Origin: a candidate division WOR-3 bacterium
GTDB taxonomy: Bacteria; Hydrothermota; Hydrothermia; B15-G9; WFZT01
Length of the DNA: 43,608 bases
Reading direction: 5' to 3'
Assembly: GCA_027053075.1 (NCBI GenBank)
Contig: JALUEE010000054.1
Span: forward strand, 1 to 43,608
The position numbers were made by a program, and so were the translations under genes. Below, piece by piece: positions 1-11,900 of this stretch (its first letter is position 1; every line of letters starts with the position of its first letter). The notes below the pieces were generated by a model. That model was not told the origin of the DNA, made no database searches, and saw nothing but the letters and a program-made list of their open reading frames with translations.

Positions 1-1
1 G

Positions 2-82
2 GCACATATATGTGAGCACATGGAGGATAGCACATTTGTTATTCATGAGGTTAGTAAATGCGATGAGGATAATGGAATATAG
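2..82 (+). CDS. Possible 3' end of a gene entering from the left edge (…AHICEHMEDSTFVIHEVSKCDEDNGI*)
   Basis: Frame +2 is open from base 2 to TAG at 80-82, followed by repeat hairpins; too short to verify. Confidence 0.25.
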   Translation, partial: AHICEHMEDSTFVIHEVSKCDEDNGI

Positions 83-127
83 GATGTATAAATATTCATT
101 TGCTTAAAAAACATGGGTGATGTCAGG

Positions 128-163
128 CCCTCACCCCACCCCTCTCCCGCAAGCGGGAGAGGG
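128..163 (-). repeat. Hairpin + mirror-repeat (BoxC/PIT-like triplex motif) element, copy 1
   Basis: CCCTCACCCC-A-CCCCTCTCCCGC-AA-GCGGGAGAGGG; near-identical reverse complement at 42732-42767. Confidence 0.85.
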
Positions 164-202
164 AGATTCACAGATTTTTTGAACGAAATTTTTAGATGTA
201 AG

Positions 203-250
203 CCCTCACCTCAATCCTCTCCCCGCAAAGAAATTTATGCGGGGAGAGGA
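203..250 (-). repeat. Hairpin + mirror-repeat element, copy 2
   Basis: CCCTCACC-TCAA-TCCTCTCCCCGCA-AAGAAATTTA-TGCGGGGAGAGGA; reverse complement of the copies at 15799, 16063 and 42980. Confidence 0.85.
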
Positions 251-514
251 GGAAAATTCTGGGGCAGGCTGAAATTATTGAACTAACAAGTTATTTTCAG
301 TTTTTACACATCATAAACTCATTCTACGTGCCAAAAACAGCAAAAGAACATTCCTAACAAGTGAAGCTTGTAATACCCAAGTGGCGAAAACCTACCCTCA
401 CACATTTCGTACGCAGGAGGAGGAAAGGGTGGAAGCAATATCCTCATTCATATTTACTTCATAGTCATATCAGTATGAAACGATGATTTGCCCTTTGCTT
501 CGGAGGTATAGAGC

Positions 515-2068
515 TCAATACACCCTTTTCCCAAAGGGTCGGGAATAGGATAGGTGGATTGTAAGTGTGGGTGGGGTTGAATCTGTGTAATTTTCCGATG
601 TGAGTCTCAGGGTTACAGCATCACGAGGTGTCACGCGCACAATTCCCCTCACGTTTATTCCAACAAAATTTCGTTTCTTAGAAATCCCACTTCTCAAGCC
701 AAACGTAAATCTCAGCTTCCTGCCAGGCACAAATCTTATGTTAAAGGAGGGTGTCAATGATGTTTCCTTAATCGTATCGGAGTTGGTACTGACCACACCA
801 AATCCAAGACCGTAGCTAAAACTTTTAGTCAACCTGTGACTCAATCTCGCTCCCGTTGCGATTATCCTGGTTTTTACATCGTTGAAAATCGTTAAAACTT
901 CTGCTTCGGTAATAGAAGAATTTATCCCCAGGCTTACTTTTTTAGAAGGTCTGTAAGATGAAGATACACTGAGGTTTACGCTACGGTTACTTACACTCTG
1001 GGTATCACTTTGAGCCGAATTCCTATTCATCCTGTTCATCATTGCCGTGGTTGTAAAAGAAAGTTTCCTTGTAGGTACAAGAGAAAGAAATACATTGGCA
1101 ATTAAATTCCTCGTATCACTGTTTTTCAATCCCACAAGATTGTCCCGATAATAGCTTCCACTGGCCCCCAGACTCCCGTATCTTCCAAGGGAGAAATTAA
1201 TACTACCACCATCCTCTACTCTATCATTGGCAATTCCTGCAAGACCATGAGATTCAAATCCAGGGCCTGTATATGAATGACTGTAGTTTAAAATTGCTTT
1301 CTTTAGCCTCAGTCCAGTTTTTATGCTGTAAGCGTAGTCAACATTACTTGAAAGGTTGAGATTTAAGCCGTTCTTTAGCCAGGATGGTATTCTTTTACCA
1401 GTAACTGGTGATGCGTAGATATTCCTCGTTAGCATTGATACTGCCCCTGTTGCCTTTATGCTAAAAATCTTCTTTATCACAACTCTATTGCCTATTTCAA
1501 AAACCCAATTCTCTTCTGGTGTTTTGTTACCCCTTAAAGAATCCTCAAGCGATGATGGGATATCCTTTGAGTTGAGTATAGAAATATTTACCCGTGAGCT
1601 CTTTCCAAAGCCTAACTTCACACCCCACATGTATTTTGAATAAGAAGATGAAGTCGAATCCTCCTCTGCTCCTTTCACAACTCCGGATACAACGAATAGA
1701 TTAAACTTTCCCGGGAAGAGCTCCAGTCCACCACCTCTCATCGAGACACCAGAAAGAGAAAAACTGGAAAACGATGGGGCAAAATCTCCAATATATGCCC
1801 TACCCCACTCCCATGAAGGGGTGAGAGAATAAAAGGAACTTGCCCTCGGTGTGAATTTGTCATCGGAATTGAAAAATAAATTAAGACCAGCACTTAGGCC
1901 AAAAATATTGATTTCTCCTCCAATTCCGATCTGAAGAGTGCTTGCCGGGTTGACCGTGTCTCTTCGTACAGGTCTGGATGTAAACCCTACATTAAATCTG
2001 CCATCAAAACTTACCCCCTCGGCAAATAGAAAAAATGGAATTAAAACTCCCAAAACTACTTTTTTCAT
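515..2068 (-). CDS. Secreted protein, probable outer-membrane beta-barrel (hypothetical)
   Basis: 517 aa; N-terminal signal peptide (MKKVVLGVLIPFFLFA); alternating hydrophobic/polar Gly/Ser/aromatic-rich strands throughout; aromatic-rich last strand (IHLSYSRPF); overlaps the upstream gene stop by 1 nt. Confidence 0.7.
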   Translation of the reverse strand: MKKVVLGVLIPFFLFAEGVSFDGRFNVGFTSRPVRRDTVNPASTLQIGIGGEINIFGLSAGLNLFFNSDDKFTPRASSFYSLTPSWEWGRAYIGDFAPSFSSFSLSGVSMRGGGLELFPGKFNLFVVSGVVKGAEEDSTSSSYSKYMWGVKLGFGKSSRVNISILNSKDIPSSLEDSLRGNKTPEENWVFEIGNRVVIKKIFSIKATGAVSMLTRNIYASPVTGKRIPSWLKNGLNLNLSSNVDYAYSIKTGLRLKKAILNYSHSYTGPGFESHGLAGIANDRVEDGGSINFSLGRYGSLGASGSYYRDNLVGLKNSDTRNLIANVFLSLVPTRKLSFTTTAMMNRMNRNSAQSDTQSVSNRSVNLSVSSSYRPSKKVSLGINSSITEAEVLTIFNDVKTRIIATGARLSHRLTKSFSYGLGFGVVSTNSDTIKETSLTPSFNIRFVPGRKLRFTFGLRSGISKKRNFVGINVRGIVRVTPRDAVTLRLTSENYTDSTPPTLTIHLSYSRPFGKRVY

Positions 2069-4008
2069 TATCCTCTCCTTTTATGATTCTCCACGGAAGA
2101 ATCATACGCCTTCAAAATTTTTTTGACCTCTGGATTATCTATTTTCCTTAATTGTTCAACAGTTTCATCAAGCCTGCCCACCTTTTCTCCAAGTGCAATA
2201 AAATCCCTTGCAAATTCAGGAGTCTCTACACCACTATCAAGGGCCTTCTCGAACTCGATATAGGCTTCGTTGAGGCTGCCTGTGTTTATGAGCACCTTCC
2301 CCCTCAGATAATGGTTCTCACCAACAGAGGGATTAACTTCTACAAGCTTTGTCGCGTATATAAGTGCCTTGCGGGTCTCCCCGTGCTTAAGGTAATATTT
2401 TGTGAGAGATTTTAGAACGAGGAAACTTCGAGGGTACCTTCTCTCAAGAGAATTTAAAAACTGAAAATACTCGCTATCACTCACATTTTCTTGAAGAAGC
2501 GCGAGCAACTTTTGAAGGTAGTCATTTGTATTCTCAATCATTTTGATCTCATTTGCATGTTTCTGGAGCTCGAGTAGATTCTCGTTACTCTGGATCACAC
2601 GTCCAAGATTTGCAATTTTTCCTGTCAACGTCCTGAAGGCAATTCTCACCACAAGTTTACCTCTCCTTTTGTCTCCATCACCAAAATAGATTTTTGCAAG
2701 GTCGTAATAAACCTCGGCCTGCTCACTTTTTAGCTCAACGGCCCGCTTCAGATACACACTCGCACTATCTAACAACGAATCTCTGTAAAAAATTATCCCA
2801 ATCCGTGCATAGGAATACGGTGAAATGGGGAATCGCGAAACCATCTGTCTATAAAACACGAGCGCACTGTCTCTTTCTTCCAGCAAAAGTCCCAGAGTCT
2901 TCCAAAGGTTAATGTCAACCGGATACTCCTTTATCAAATTCCTGTATTTAGCTGCGGCCTCATCTTTATTTCCCAATTTAACAAGCATCTCTGGAATCTT
3001 TTCCCTCAATTCTTTATCATCGGGTGAGAGTTTGACTGCTCTCCTGTAATAGACAAGTGCACTGTCATATTTCCTTTCGTTTTCAAAGGTTTCCGCTATC
3101 TTCAAAATTGCTCTCACATCGTTTGGATGTCTTCTCGAATAGATTTCATAAATTTGCCTGACTTTCGGATAATCAAAAATCCCCTCGTACAGACCAGCAT
3201 ACTGCTCGTAAACTCTAAAAGAATCTGGATATTCCCGAATAAGCTTTTTGTAGATGGAGATTGCGCTATCTACTTTGCCTGTTGAGCGGTAAATCAGGGC
3301 AAATTTGAGCCACAGGTCAAGATTTCGGGGCTCCACGGTAACGAGTGTGCCAAAGACACTTTTAAGTTCCTTTACCCTGTTTTCCTTCGCAAAAATCTGA
3401 GCCTCGGCCTTGAGCAACTGCGGATTTGCTGGAAAACGCTCAAGCCCTCGCTTCACGTAAGAAAGAGATGAATCCAGCTCCCCTTTTTCGTAAAAAATTA
3501 TAGCTATGTTTGTGTAAACAGCGGGACTTCTCGGATTGGTCTTCAAAGCTTTTTTGAAATAAATAAGTGCACTATCCTTTTCCCCTCGAGAGTAAAGTGC
3601 GGCTCCGTAGTTGAAATATGTCTCAAAAAGGGCAACATTTGTAAGGGAATCATCAGGATGTTCCTCCTTTATCCGCTCTGCCCAACTGAGGGCCTTACCC
3701 CATTCTCCTTTTCTCATAAGCGAGGAAAGCTTCAGTAATTTAAAACTCAAGTTACCAGGACTTATAGATAACCCCCTGGTAGCGTAATATTCAGCACTAT
3801 CCTGCTTTCCCATACCAAGGAAAGAGTACCCGAGGTAGAGATAAATCTCAGGGTTTCCCGGGTCCATTATCAGGGCATGTCTGAAAAAATCCCTTGCCTT
3901 CACATACTCACCATCTTTCAAAAGAATTTTTCCCGGTGTCAGATCCACCATTGAGGCAAAAACCGGGAGTGCCAAAAAAAGAAATATCAGGGGTTTAAAT
4001 CTTCGCAT
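2068..4008 (-). CDS. Exported tetratricopeptide-repeat (TPR) protein
   Basis: 646 aa; signal peptide (MRRFKPLIFLFLALPVFA); many ~34-aa TPR units (e.g. YFNYGAALYSRGEKDSALIYFKKALKTNPRSPA, D-S-A motif repeated). Confidence 0.9.
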   Translation of the reverse strand: MRRFKPLIFLFLALPVFASMVDLTPGKILLKDGEYVKARDFFRHALIMDPGNPEIYLYLGYSFLGMGKQDSAEYYATRGLSISPGNLSFKLLKLSSLMRKGEWGKALSWAERIKEEHPDDSLTNVALFETYFNYGAALYSRGEKDSALIYFKKALKTNPRSPAVYTNIAIIFYEKGELDSSLSYVKRGLERFPANPQLLKAEAQIFAKENRVKELKSVFGTLVTVEPRNLDLWLKFALIYRSTGKVDSAISIYKKLIREYPDSFRVYEQYAGLYEGIFDYPKVRQIYEIYSRRHPNDVRAILKIAETFENERKYDSALVYYRRAVKLSPDDKELREKIPEMLVKLGNKDEAAAKYRNLIKEYPVDINLWKTLGLLLEERDSALVFYRQMVSRFPISPYSYARIGIIFYRDSLLDSASVYLKRAVELKSEQAEVYYDLAKIYFGDGDKRRGKLVVRIAFRTLTGKIANLGRVIQSNENLLELQKHANEIKMIENTNDYLQKLLALLQENVSDSEYFQFLNSLERRYPRSFLVLKSLTKYYLKHGETRKALIYATKLVEVNPSVGENHYLRGKVLINTGSLNEAYIEFEKALDSGVETPEFARDFIALGEKVGRLDETVEQLRKIDNPEVKKILKAYDSSVENHKRRG

Positions 4009-5949
4009 CTATTCTTTCTCTTTAACCGGTCTTATGAAGCTGGAAAGTGTTTCATTACCGGATTTATCAACTGAGGAGATTTTGTAAAAATGAAAACTCC
4101 TGCCTGATGCGTCGTTGAACTCTGTGGATTTCACCGGTTTTTTATTCAATCTTTCATATCTTCCATTGGGTAAATCAGAGCGGTACACATTATAACCTTT
4201 TAGGTCAGGTGCACTTGATGCCGACCAGACAAGCCTCACACCTTCTTTGCCATAAAAACCTTTTATTTTCTGAGGCGCAGCCGGGGCAGCCAAATCCTTT
4301 ACAAACACGGGTTTCGTCTTGATCCTTTTGCTTTCATTTCCTGCTGTGTCAACTGCGGACACACTGTATGTGTAGGTTTTTCCAGAAGTTACATTACTAT
4401 CGATCAGGAAATGCCTCCCCACTGGTAGCTCAGCAACGGGTCTCTTCTCATCAGACCGATAAATTCGATACTTCCCGACATCGAGCGAGGGGGATGGCAT
4501 GATTCTCAATTTTACAAAACCGGATTTTGTAAGCTTAGCCTTTGCAAAAGCAGGTGGTCTTGGAGGTTCTGAGTCAGGAATGACTACATTCATCACGATG
4601 AGCTTGCTCTCGTTTCTCGAGCTGTCAATGGCTGTAACTCCCACAAAATACGTTTTACCGGCAGAAAATCCACCTTTGCCATAACCTTTATCAACAAAAC
4701 TTCTCGATTCCCTCGACAATGGATGACTGACAATCTTCGGGAGTCTATCCCTGATAGTTCCTCGATAAACGTAGTATCCCATAAGATCAGGAGAATTTGA
4801 TGCCTTCCATGAGATGGATATTTTGCCATCCTTATATCGGGCCATCACCGACGCAGGTGGATCAGGAGGAACAGAATCCTTGATAATGGCCATCATGGGG
4901 TTACTTTTCTTGCTTTCGTTTCCCGCACTATCTATAGTGGTTACTTTGAAAAAATACCTCCCCGCCTTAACAGTTGTATCAACAAAATAGGGCTTTTCAA
5001 ATGGAATGACACGGGAGTTGACTTTGTCGTAATCACCGCCAATCAGCTCGCTACGGTAAACGTTATAGCCTGCGGCATCAAGGTCAAGTCCGTAATTCCA
5101 TTTTAAAATCGCCTTACCATGACCGTCTAATACAATCAAGCCAGATGGTGGCATCGGTGGTGTCCTGTCCAGAGGAGTTACCTCAATTCCTTTAGAGAGC
5201 TTGCCCTCGCGGCCAATAAGATCAACTGCACTTACCCTGTATTCATAGGTTTTACCGTTTTCTACCCACTGGTCTACAAATTCCATTTTGCCTTCGTTTT
5301 GCCTGATTACTGGCCTCGGATTGATCTTTCTAAATGCGTCCTCTCCACTTGATTTCCGGTACACATTAAAAAATACCACAAGGTCTTCCGGGTTACCCTT
5401 CCACTCGCGGTAATTCCATTTCAGCACAACCTTTTTATCATCTACTTTAGCACTTATCTCTTCTGGAGGCTCTGGAATAATCTCTTTAGCCTCTACGGTC
5501 TTCTCCTCCTGTATCGCCGATTCTTTCCCATTAAATTTAAGGAACACCACCCTGTAAGTATATCTTTCTCCCTGCTTCACCGGTGAGTCTTTAACGATAC
5601 GTCCAAGCATTTCTGCCACTTTTATGTTGGTCATGGAAAGTATCCCGGCCTCAAATTTGCTGTGCCTCAGTTTTCTAAGCATATCCCTTGCATCAAGGGA
5701 TGATGTAAGCTCCAGCAGTTTTTCGTAATCGTCTCCAAGTACCTCAGGAACAAGGTCAGGATCACTCAGTGCCCTTACCGGTTGTTTTGTGATTTTCTCA
5801 AATTTACCATTGACTTTTCTGTAAACAACTGCGCCGTAGCGCGGAGTTTTAGTCAAAACTATGTAGTTTGTATCAGCCTTTGTGAGTGTGAAGAAAAGGG
5901 GCTCTGCCGATACAAAAGATGCAAGTAATGCAAAAAATAAAAATCTCAT
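4009..5949 (-). CDS. Exported fibronectin type III repeat protein
   Basis: 646 aa; signal peptide; about five FN3 modules, each opened by a P-rich linker (IIPEPP, DRTPPMPP, DSVPPDPP, DSEPPRPP, DLAAPAAP), with L-x-W...GY-x-VYR...Y-x-V-x-A/T-V/I-D-x-x-G-N-E-S signatures. Confidence 0.9.
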   Translation of the reverse strand: MRFLFFALLASFVSAEPLFFTLTKADTNYIVLTKTPRYGAVVYRKVNGKFEKITKQPVRALSDPDLVPEVLGDDYEKLLELTSSLDARDMLRKLRHSKFEAGILSMTNIKVAEMLGRIVKDSPVKQGERYTYRVVFLKFNGKESAIQEEKTVEAKEIIPEPPEEISAKVDDKKVVLKWNYREWKGNPEDLVVFFNVYRKSSGEDAFRKINPRPVIRQNEGKMEFVDQWVENGKTYEYRVSAVDLIGREGKLSKGIEVTPLDRTPPMPPSGLIVLDGHGKAILKWNYGLDLDAAGYNVYRSELIGGDYDKVNSRVIPFEKPYFVDTTVKAGRYFFKVTTIDSAGNESKKSNPMMAIIKDSVPPDPPASVMARYKDGKISISWKASNSPDLMGYYVYRGTIRDRLPKIVSHPLSRESRSFVDKGYGKGGFSAGKTYFVGVTAIDSSRNESKLIVMNVVIPDSEPPRPPAFAKAKLTKSGFVKLRIMPSPSLDVGKYRIYRSDEKRPVAELPVGRHFLIDSNVTSGKTYTYSVSAVDTAGNESKRIKTKPVFVKDLAAPAAPQKIKGFYGKEGVRLVWSASSAPDLKGYNVYRSDLPNGRYERLNKKPVKSTEFNDASGRSFHFYKISSVDKSGNETLSSFIRPVKEKE

Positions 5950-5959
5950 CGTTTCCTCC

Positions 5960-8900
5960 TTAAAACATCCTGCTTGAGACGGTGACCATACCCACTCCGT
6001 TAACTGTTTTTATCTCAAGAATGTATCTGCTTCCATTTGTCAAAGCTCGTGGCAAATGGGCAATTTTGTTGTTTAATCCCTGTCCAAAATCAGGGATTCG
6101 CTGCCAGTCTGATATAACCCTGTTGTGATGCATTGCGCCTATTTGAACCACCCTGTAGTAAACTGCCACCGTATTGGACTGCCTGTCATTCGTGATATAG
6201 AAATCAAAATCAAGGAGTCCCTTAAATCGCTTGTGCTTCGGATCGTCCCTGTAACTTACTCTTCTGATATGTGCCGCTGGAGGAGGAGATTTCTCTGCTC
6301 TTATATGAGGAGAGACAAAAATTCTACTCGTGTCACCATCATTGTTCACTGCCCTCATCAGGAAATAAACGTTCATCCCATCCCTTATTGTTGAGAAGTT
6401 CGGGATAAACTTAAAAGAGTTTCCCCTTACTTTTGACGGGTCAACTGGGGCAAATCTCATGAGGGATGACCTCGTTTGCGTGGAGCCCATACCAATCAAG
6501 TATGATTTCACACCAGTTTCTCTGTCTTCAGCTGGATGGATAAGTGTTACGGTAACCGTATCTCCCGGGGAAATGTATCTATGCCCACCTGTAGGAGAAG
6601 TAACCTGAATATGCAAACCCTCAGGTGGAGTGGGATCATCTGGCCTTAATGGTGGAGAAACGTATCCGCTGTCACTCAGAAGTCCCGCAGAATTTACCGC
6701 AAATACGCTGATGTAAAACGTGTCAAGATACGTAAGTGGACCACCCACAACCCTGATGGAATCAATATACCCTGGCACATCCTTCCAACCATCACCTTCA
6801 AACACGTGATGTGGGAGTGTGTCAACTTTATACAGAAATCGAGAAATTCCCGATTCCGGATCATTCTTGATAACATACTCTACCGTTACAGAGGGTGGGA
6901 TATATCCACCAAATACGGGTGCATATACTAATGGTTTGAAAAGCACTGTCCTTCGGGCAGGTGCCGGTGGAGGGGTTGTATCAATTGTAACCATGATGTG
7001 ACCCGGGTTGCTCCAGTATCCATCGACATTTCTTGCTCTCACAGATAGAATGTACGTGCTATCGTGCTTCAGGGATAACCCTCTAATAGTTTTCCTTGTT
7101 AATCCCTGCGCCGAAGTCCAGGTTATTAATGTATCCCTTGCATTTATCAGAACATATGTCCCTCCAAACGGATTGAGCAAACGCTCGGTATATTCTCTTT
7201 CAAGCATGTACTGGTATTCTTCCACGCCGGTCTCGTAATCCTGAGACCTCCACTCTGCGTAAAGTTCAGTTGTTGCAGCAGTGTAGTAGTTCTGTGTGAA
7301 CGTATTTGGTGTTATCCTTCTCCGACTGTAACGCGGGAAAGAAATCACCGGGGGTATCGGAGGTGTAGTGTCCTGGCCGGCTGTAAAATCACGGGAATGA
7401 CCGGCACCGCCATGGCCAAAGTTTGCAGGAAATGCAATACATCTTCTTGTTGTCAGGCCAAGACCACCCCTTGCTCTAATGCAGAGACGGTAATTAATCA
7501 CATCCCTGTTTTGGAATTGATAGAGGCTATAATTCAACGTGTTCGAAAATAAACCTGCTCCCGATGAAGGGGCCCCCATCGACTGGAATTTTTGAACGTT
7601 GTAGGCAATATTCGGATCCACCAACATGTAGGAAACTTCCTTAACTGCATCTCTGCCGAGTGGATGCGACACATTCCATGTAACAAAAATCCTGTTGTAG
7701 TGATCCCTGTTCACTGATCTCAGATTCATGGTGGTAATACGTGGAGGTGTCAGCAAGAGTCCGAGGGTGTCAATTCTTGCCCTAAATGTGTTTATCCCGT
7801 CATCATAATTTGAAAGGCCAGGAATCTGCAGCTGGATTCTGTGCACATTAAATTTCTGCCCATGTTTGAGGACATGACCACCAATTTTACCAGTTACACG
7901 GGGTTTGAATACAAAATGCCTTTGAGTTGAGTCTGGCATATTAAGCTGACCCGGGCGTAAATTTCCACCGATAAACTGGCGATTACCAAAATTGGCACCC
8001 ATATCCAGTGATGGTGTACTTCCAGATAACCAGAAAATAAATCTGTCATACAGGTCATAAAGCACCTCTCCGAGCTCAACGGACACCGTGTAAATATTGT
8101 CGAAGGCTTGAGTCACCATAATATGCGGTGCTCTAATGGAGTCGAAAGATGCCAGATACTGTCTATCGAGGGAGTCGGCAAATGCCCCGTAAAGAGAATC
8201 AAGATAGGAAAGACCGTTGTCTGGTATGGTGTACCATATTTCCATTCCAGTGTTATTGGCAATTTGCTCCATTATGTCCTGATTGTCATTAAACCATGCA
8301 ACAAACGTAGCATATGCAGTGTCAATATCCTGCACGTTGTTGTTATAAAGGATGGTAAGTTCTGCAAGTTTTCTCTTAAGCACCAGATTTCTAAGCGCAG
8401 CGTGGTTGGTGGTCAACCTGTTTGTCTTATGATGAATCTCATCCCTTATTGATTGCCTGTGATTTGCAAGTGCAACTTTCTGATTTTTCGCCCAGTCTTT
8501 CATATTCACAAAATACTGTTTCGTGTATCCGTAATATTTCGAGCTAATGATATCAGCTCTGGAATATGCCTTTAACAGTGAATCTATAGACCCTCTTGAC
8601 ATGAGATTTTTCAAATCAAAAAGCGCAATCTCGATGTCATTCATCCTTGATATAACCTGGGCATAGGTTTCCTGGGCCTCATGCTCATACTGAATTGCAT
8701 TGGTAGCGTTTTGGCTTGCCTGGGAAGCATTTATCGCAAATCCCGGCTGGCTCGTTACAGTAGCCTTGCCATTTTGAATTGTAACATGAAGATGGCCCTC
8801 TCCAAGCCTGGCATCCTCAACAGGAGATGCTCCGATGCTCGTTAGACCTGCACTGTTTATAGAGTCAACCACAAGGTTAATTCTTTCCAAAATGGCATCA

Positions 8901-11900
8901 ACTCTTCCACGATATTGAGAAATTCTCGTTATCGCCTGATTAAGCCTTCTTCTTTCTGTAACAATATTATTTGTATCCCTGTATGGTGAGTAGTATCCAC
9001 TGTAAATCCGTCCCCCGACCCACATTAAAGAAGGTTTCTCAATCGCCTCCAATCCACCGTTGGCAAGCTCGACTCTGTAAAGGTAATCGTAGAGATTCAC
9101 ACCATTGATTTTGAACTCATGGGTGAATACCTTGTAGAATATATTTGCCTGTTCTGCAGGGGATAGATTTGAAAGTGTGGCACGAGCTTCATCCATTGCA
9201 GCCTGAGCCTCTTCTTTCGCCTGATTCATATCGTCAGCCGATTGACGGGCCTCATCAATCAGAGCATCCATCTCCGGGTCGTGGCCGAAACCGCCATCAA
9301 CTCCATCACCAGAAATCTTGGCCCACGCACTACCTTCCCATGAAATAAATAGGGCATGAACCTCAAGCCCGGCAGCCCCGTAAAGGTAAAAGTTGGGTGA
9401 GCCAATTAAACAGCTCTCAAGCCATCCCTTTGCACCTGCCGCGCCGCCCAGCACCTCAACTTCTACGTAAGCCTTGTAATACGCACCCCAGGACGCATCC
9501 CGGATATACCACATCTGCCCTTCAAAGCCTGTATTCACCTCGATAATCCAGATATCAAATCCGTACGATGCTGTACCAGAAACCATAAAGCCCGGAGGTC
9601 CCACAAAGAATTCACTCTCTAAATCGATAAATGAAAGAATCTTCATGTTTGTTCCACCCGTTATTCCCCATGCATCCTCATTGTAAACGAAAAATCCAAA
9701 GGTACCCTGACCTTTAATCAGGGACAGGACATTCACGTCCACTCCAATATTTCCGACCGCGTAAAAATCCTGGAATCCAATTCCAAGATGCGCATAACCT
9801 GTGATTTTGTCATCCTGATGGAGAAGAACTACCTTTGCGTCCAGCAAGAATTCCTGATCCGTAACCGTCAGCAGTGCTCTCCCACGAGCTACCCAATCTG
9901 TTACAATCTCGGCTTCAGCATAGAGGAAGATCGAGAAATCAGCGTTCCTGACAGTCATAGTGTCAAATGGCATCCCGGTGAGACCAGACTTCGCTTTAAC
10001 AATTCTGAAATCCGTCTCCTCGGGATTGTAGAAAAAGCCTCCACCAAGTCCGCTTAAGATAATCAACCTCGGGATTATGTCTATCTGAGTCGAAACAGTA
10101 ACAAATGCACCAAAGCTCGGACCAGTTGGTGTGTTTGCTAATTTGCCCACCAGAGCAACGCTTAAATTATTGGCTGCCGGAAGTTTTGCATCCCCGGCAA
10201 AAAGGAACCTGAAATACTCGCCACTCTCAAATTCCATATCAAAACTCGCTTCAAACACACTGGGAATAACCATGTTCGCACTATCGATCACCATTCCCAC
10301 TGAGCCATCCGACTGCTTTGTGTAAGCGATGAAGTTTTTCACCCCTCCGCCACCGTAATCCATGATATTCAGAGTTAAACCAAAGGAAAAGCTCGAAGAA
10401 ACATTCACTGAACGCATGGAACTTGATCCCTGGTTATTCGCAGTCGGCAATCCCACCATCGGCACCTGAATAGTCGTGTCATGGTCAACATAGTTGATAC
10501 TTGCAATGCTCATGGTCATAACACCAGCGATACTGAGGTCTGCACGGTTTATGGTGGGAAACTCTACTCCTCCATCCGAACTCACCTCAAAGTCCTGAAA
10601 TTCAATGTTACCAGACACCGAGCTAACGTTTAGCTGCATACTACCTGAGAAAGAAACACCAAAACTGTTATCGTGTAAGAGCGTTACATTCCCGATGCTC
10701 AGCTTAAATACATTCCAGTCAATATCGGGTATGCTACCCGCTGGAATATCTATATCACCCCAGTCAAAATCTCCATCCAAATTTATAGAAAATCCTGGAG
10801 CGAGGCTATCCCCCTCGTTGTAACCAATCTTAACCGGATGCTCTGCATCAAAATACAGGTAAAAGACTGCATCAATCCCGGAATTCTCAAAGTCAGTAAG
10901 ATCAAGATTAACAGCGAGATAGTTTATATCAAGACTGCCAACAAAGAAATTGAACTCAGTTGGGTCATCGTCCATCGCAGGTGTTTCATCTATCAGGACA
11001 ATCTTACCTCCACCTCTGATTGTCCCGTCATAGCTTATAGAGGCAGAATACCTCTGCTTCCCCACGGTATCAAAGGGTGCAGGAAGTATAACAGACCCCT
11101 CTATCCTCAAAGAATCCATGGTAAATTTGACCGTGTCCAGAGTCCAGTAATGGTCAACAATATTTATCGGGCTTGAGAGTAAATTCACTTCCTGAAATTC
11201 AAAACTTCCATCTGAACCTACCTTGAGTTCTGTAAAACTTATCGTATCCCGCATGAAAGCAAATTCCCCGGACATATTTACCTTGAAAATCCCATTCTGG
11301 AATTCAAACCCCAGCGCAGGATAAGTTACTCCAAGTTTTCTCACGTCACGCAGACCAAAGTCCATCCCAAAGAGCTTGAAAAACTGCCCGGTGGTCGGAT
11401 AGCTGATTTCGGGAGCCACAACGTATGGGGCTACATTCATTATCTTTAAGCCACTCATCGAAATACTGAAACTGTCACCTGCGAATGGAAAGCTAAATAT
11501 ACCTGCAAGTTCGACAGAAATCGTATCCGTTAGAGAAATCGAAATCGGTGGATTCCCCTGAAGCGCCATCGGTATGAAATTTATGTAAGAAATTGGCAGG
11601 GTATCCGGCATGTCGAAATTAAAATCAAATCCAGAATTGCCATAGTTAGCAACAAAGTGAATTGGAAACGCTGTTCCATTTCTTTCAAAGAGATCAGGAT
11701 AAATGTCCCCTGAAAACCTCGCACTATTGGGAGAAAAGCTAATTTCTCCTCCATCAATCTTAAAGGTCATGAAATTCCCAAATCTGACAGAATCAACGTA
11801 ACTTCTGTTACCGAGTGTGTCAAAAACATGTCCAACCCTCGCTGTTCCCGCGAGTCCCGAAGCCGAAAGTCTCAGGCTGTCAAATTCGATGTTCAGGCTG

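Noticed and set aside
2068..5949. TPR and FN3 genes are both exactly 1941 nt (646 aa)
   Set aside because: No sequence similarity between them (all-alpha vs all-beta); treated as coincidence
5960..6100. Possible T9SS C-terminal sorting domain on the giant protein
   Set aside because: The tail (NGSRYILEIKTVNGVG) fits the last strands of an FN3 module like the preceding repeats; typical CTD signatures (YPNP, terminal K-x-x-K) are not evident
5960..8000. Giant protein as a polymorphic toxin with immunity gene
   Set aside because: No recognisable toxin motif at the C-terminus and no small downstream immunity ORF; the next gene is a 646-aa FN3 protein
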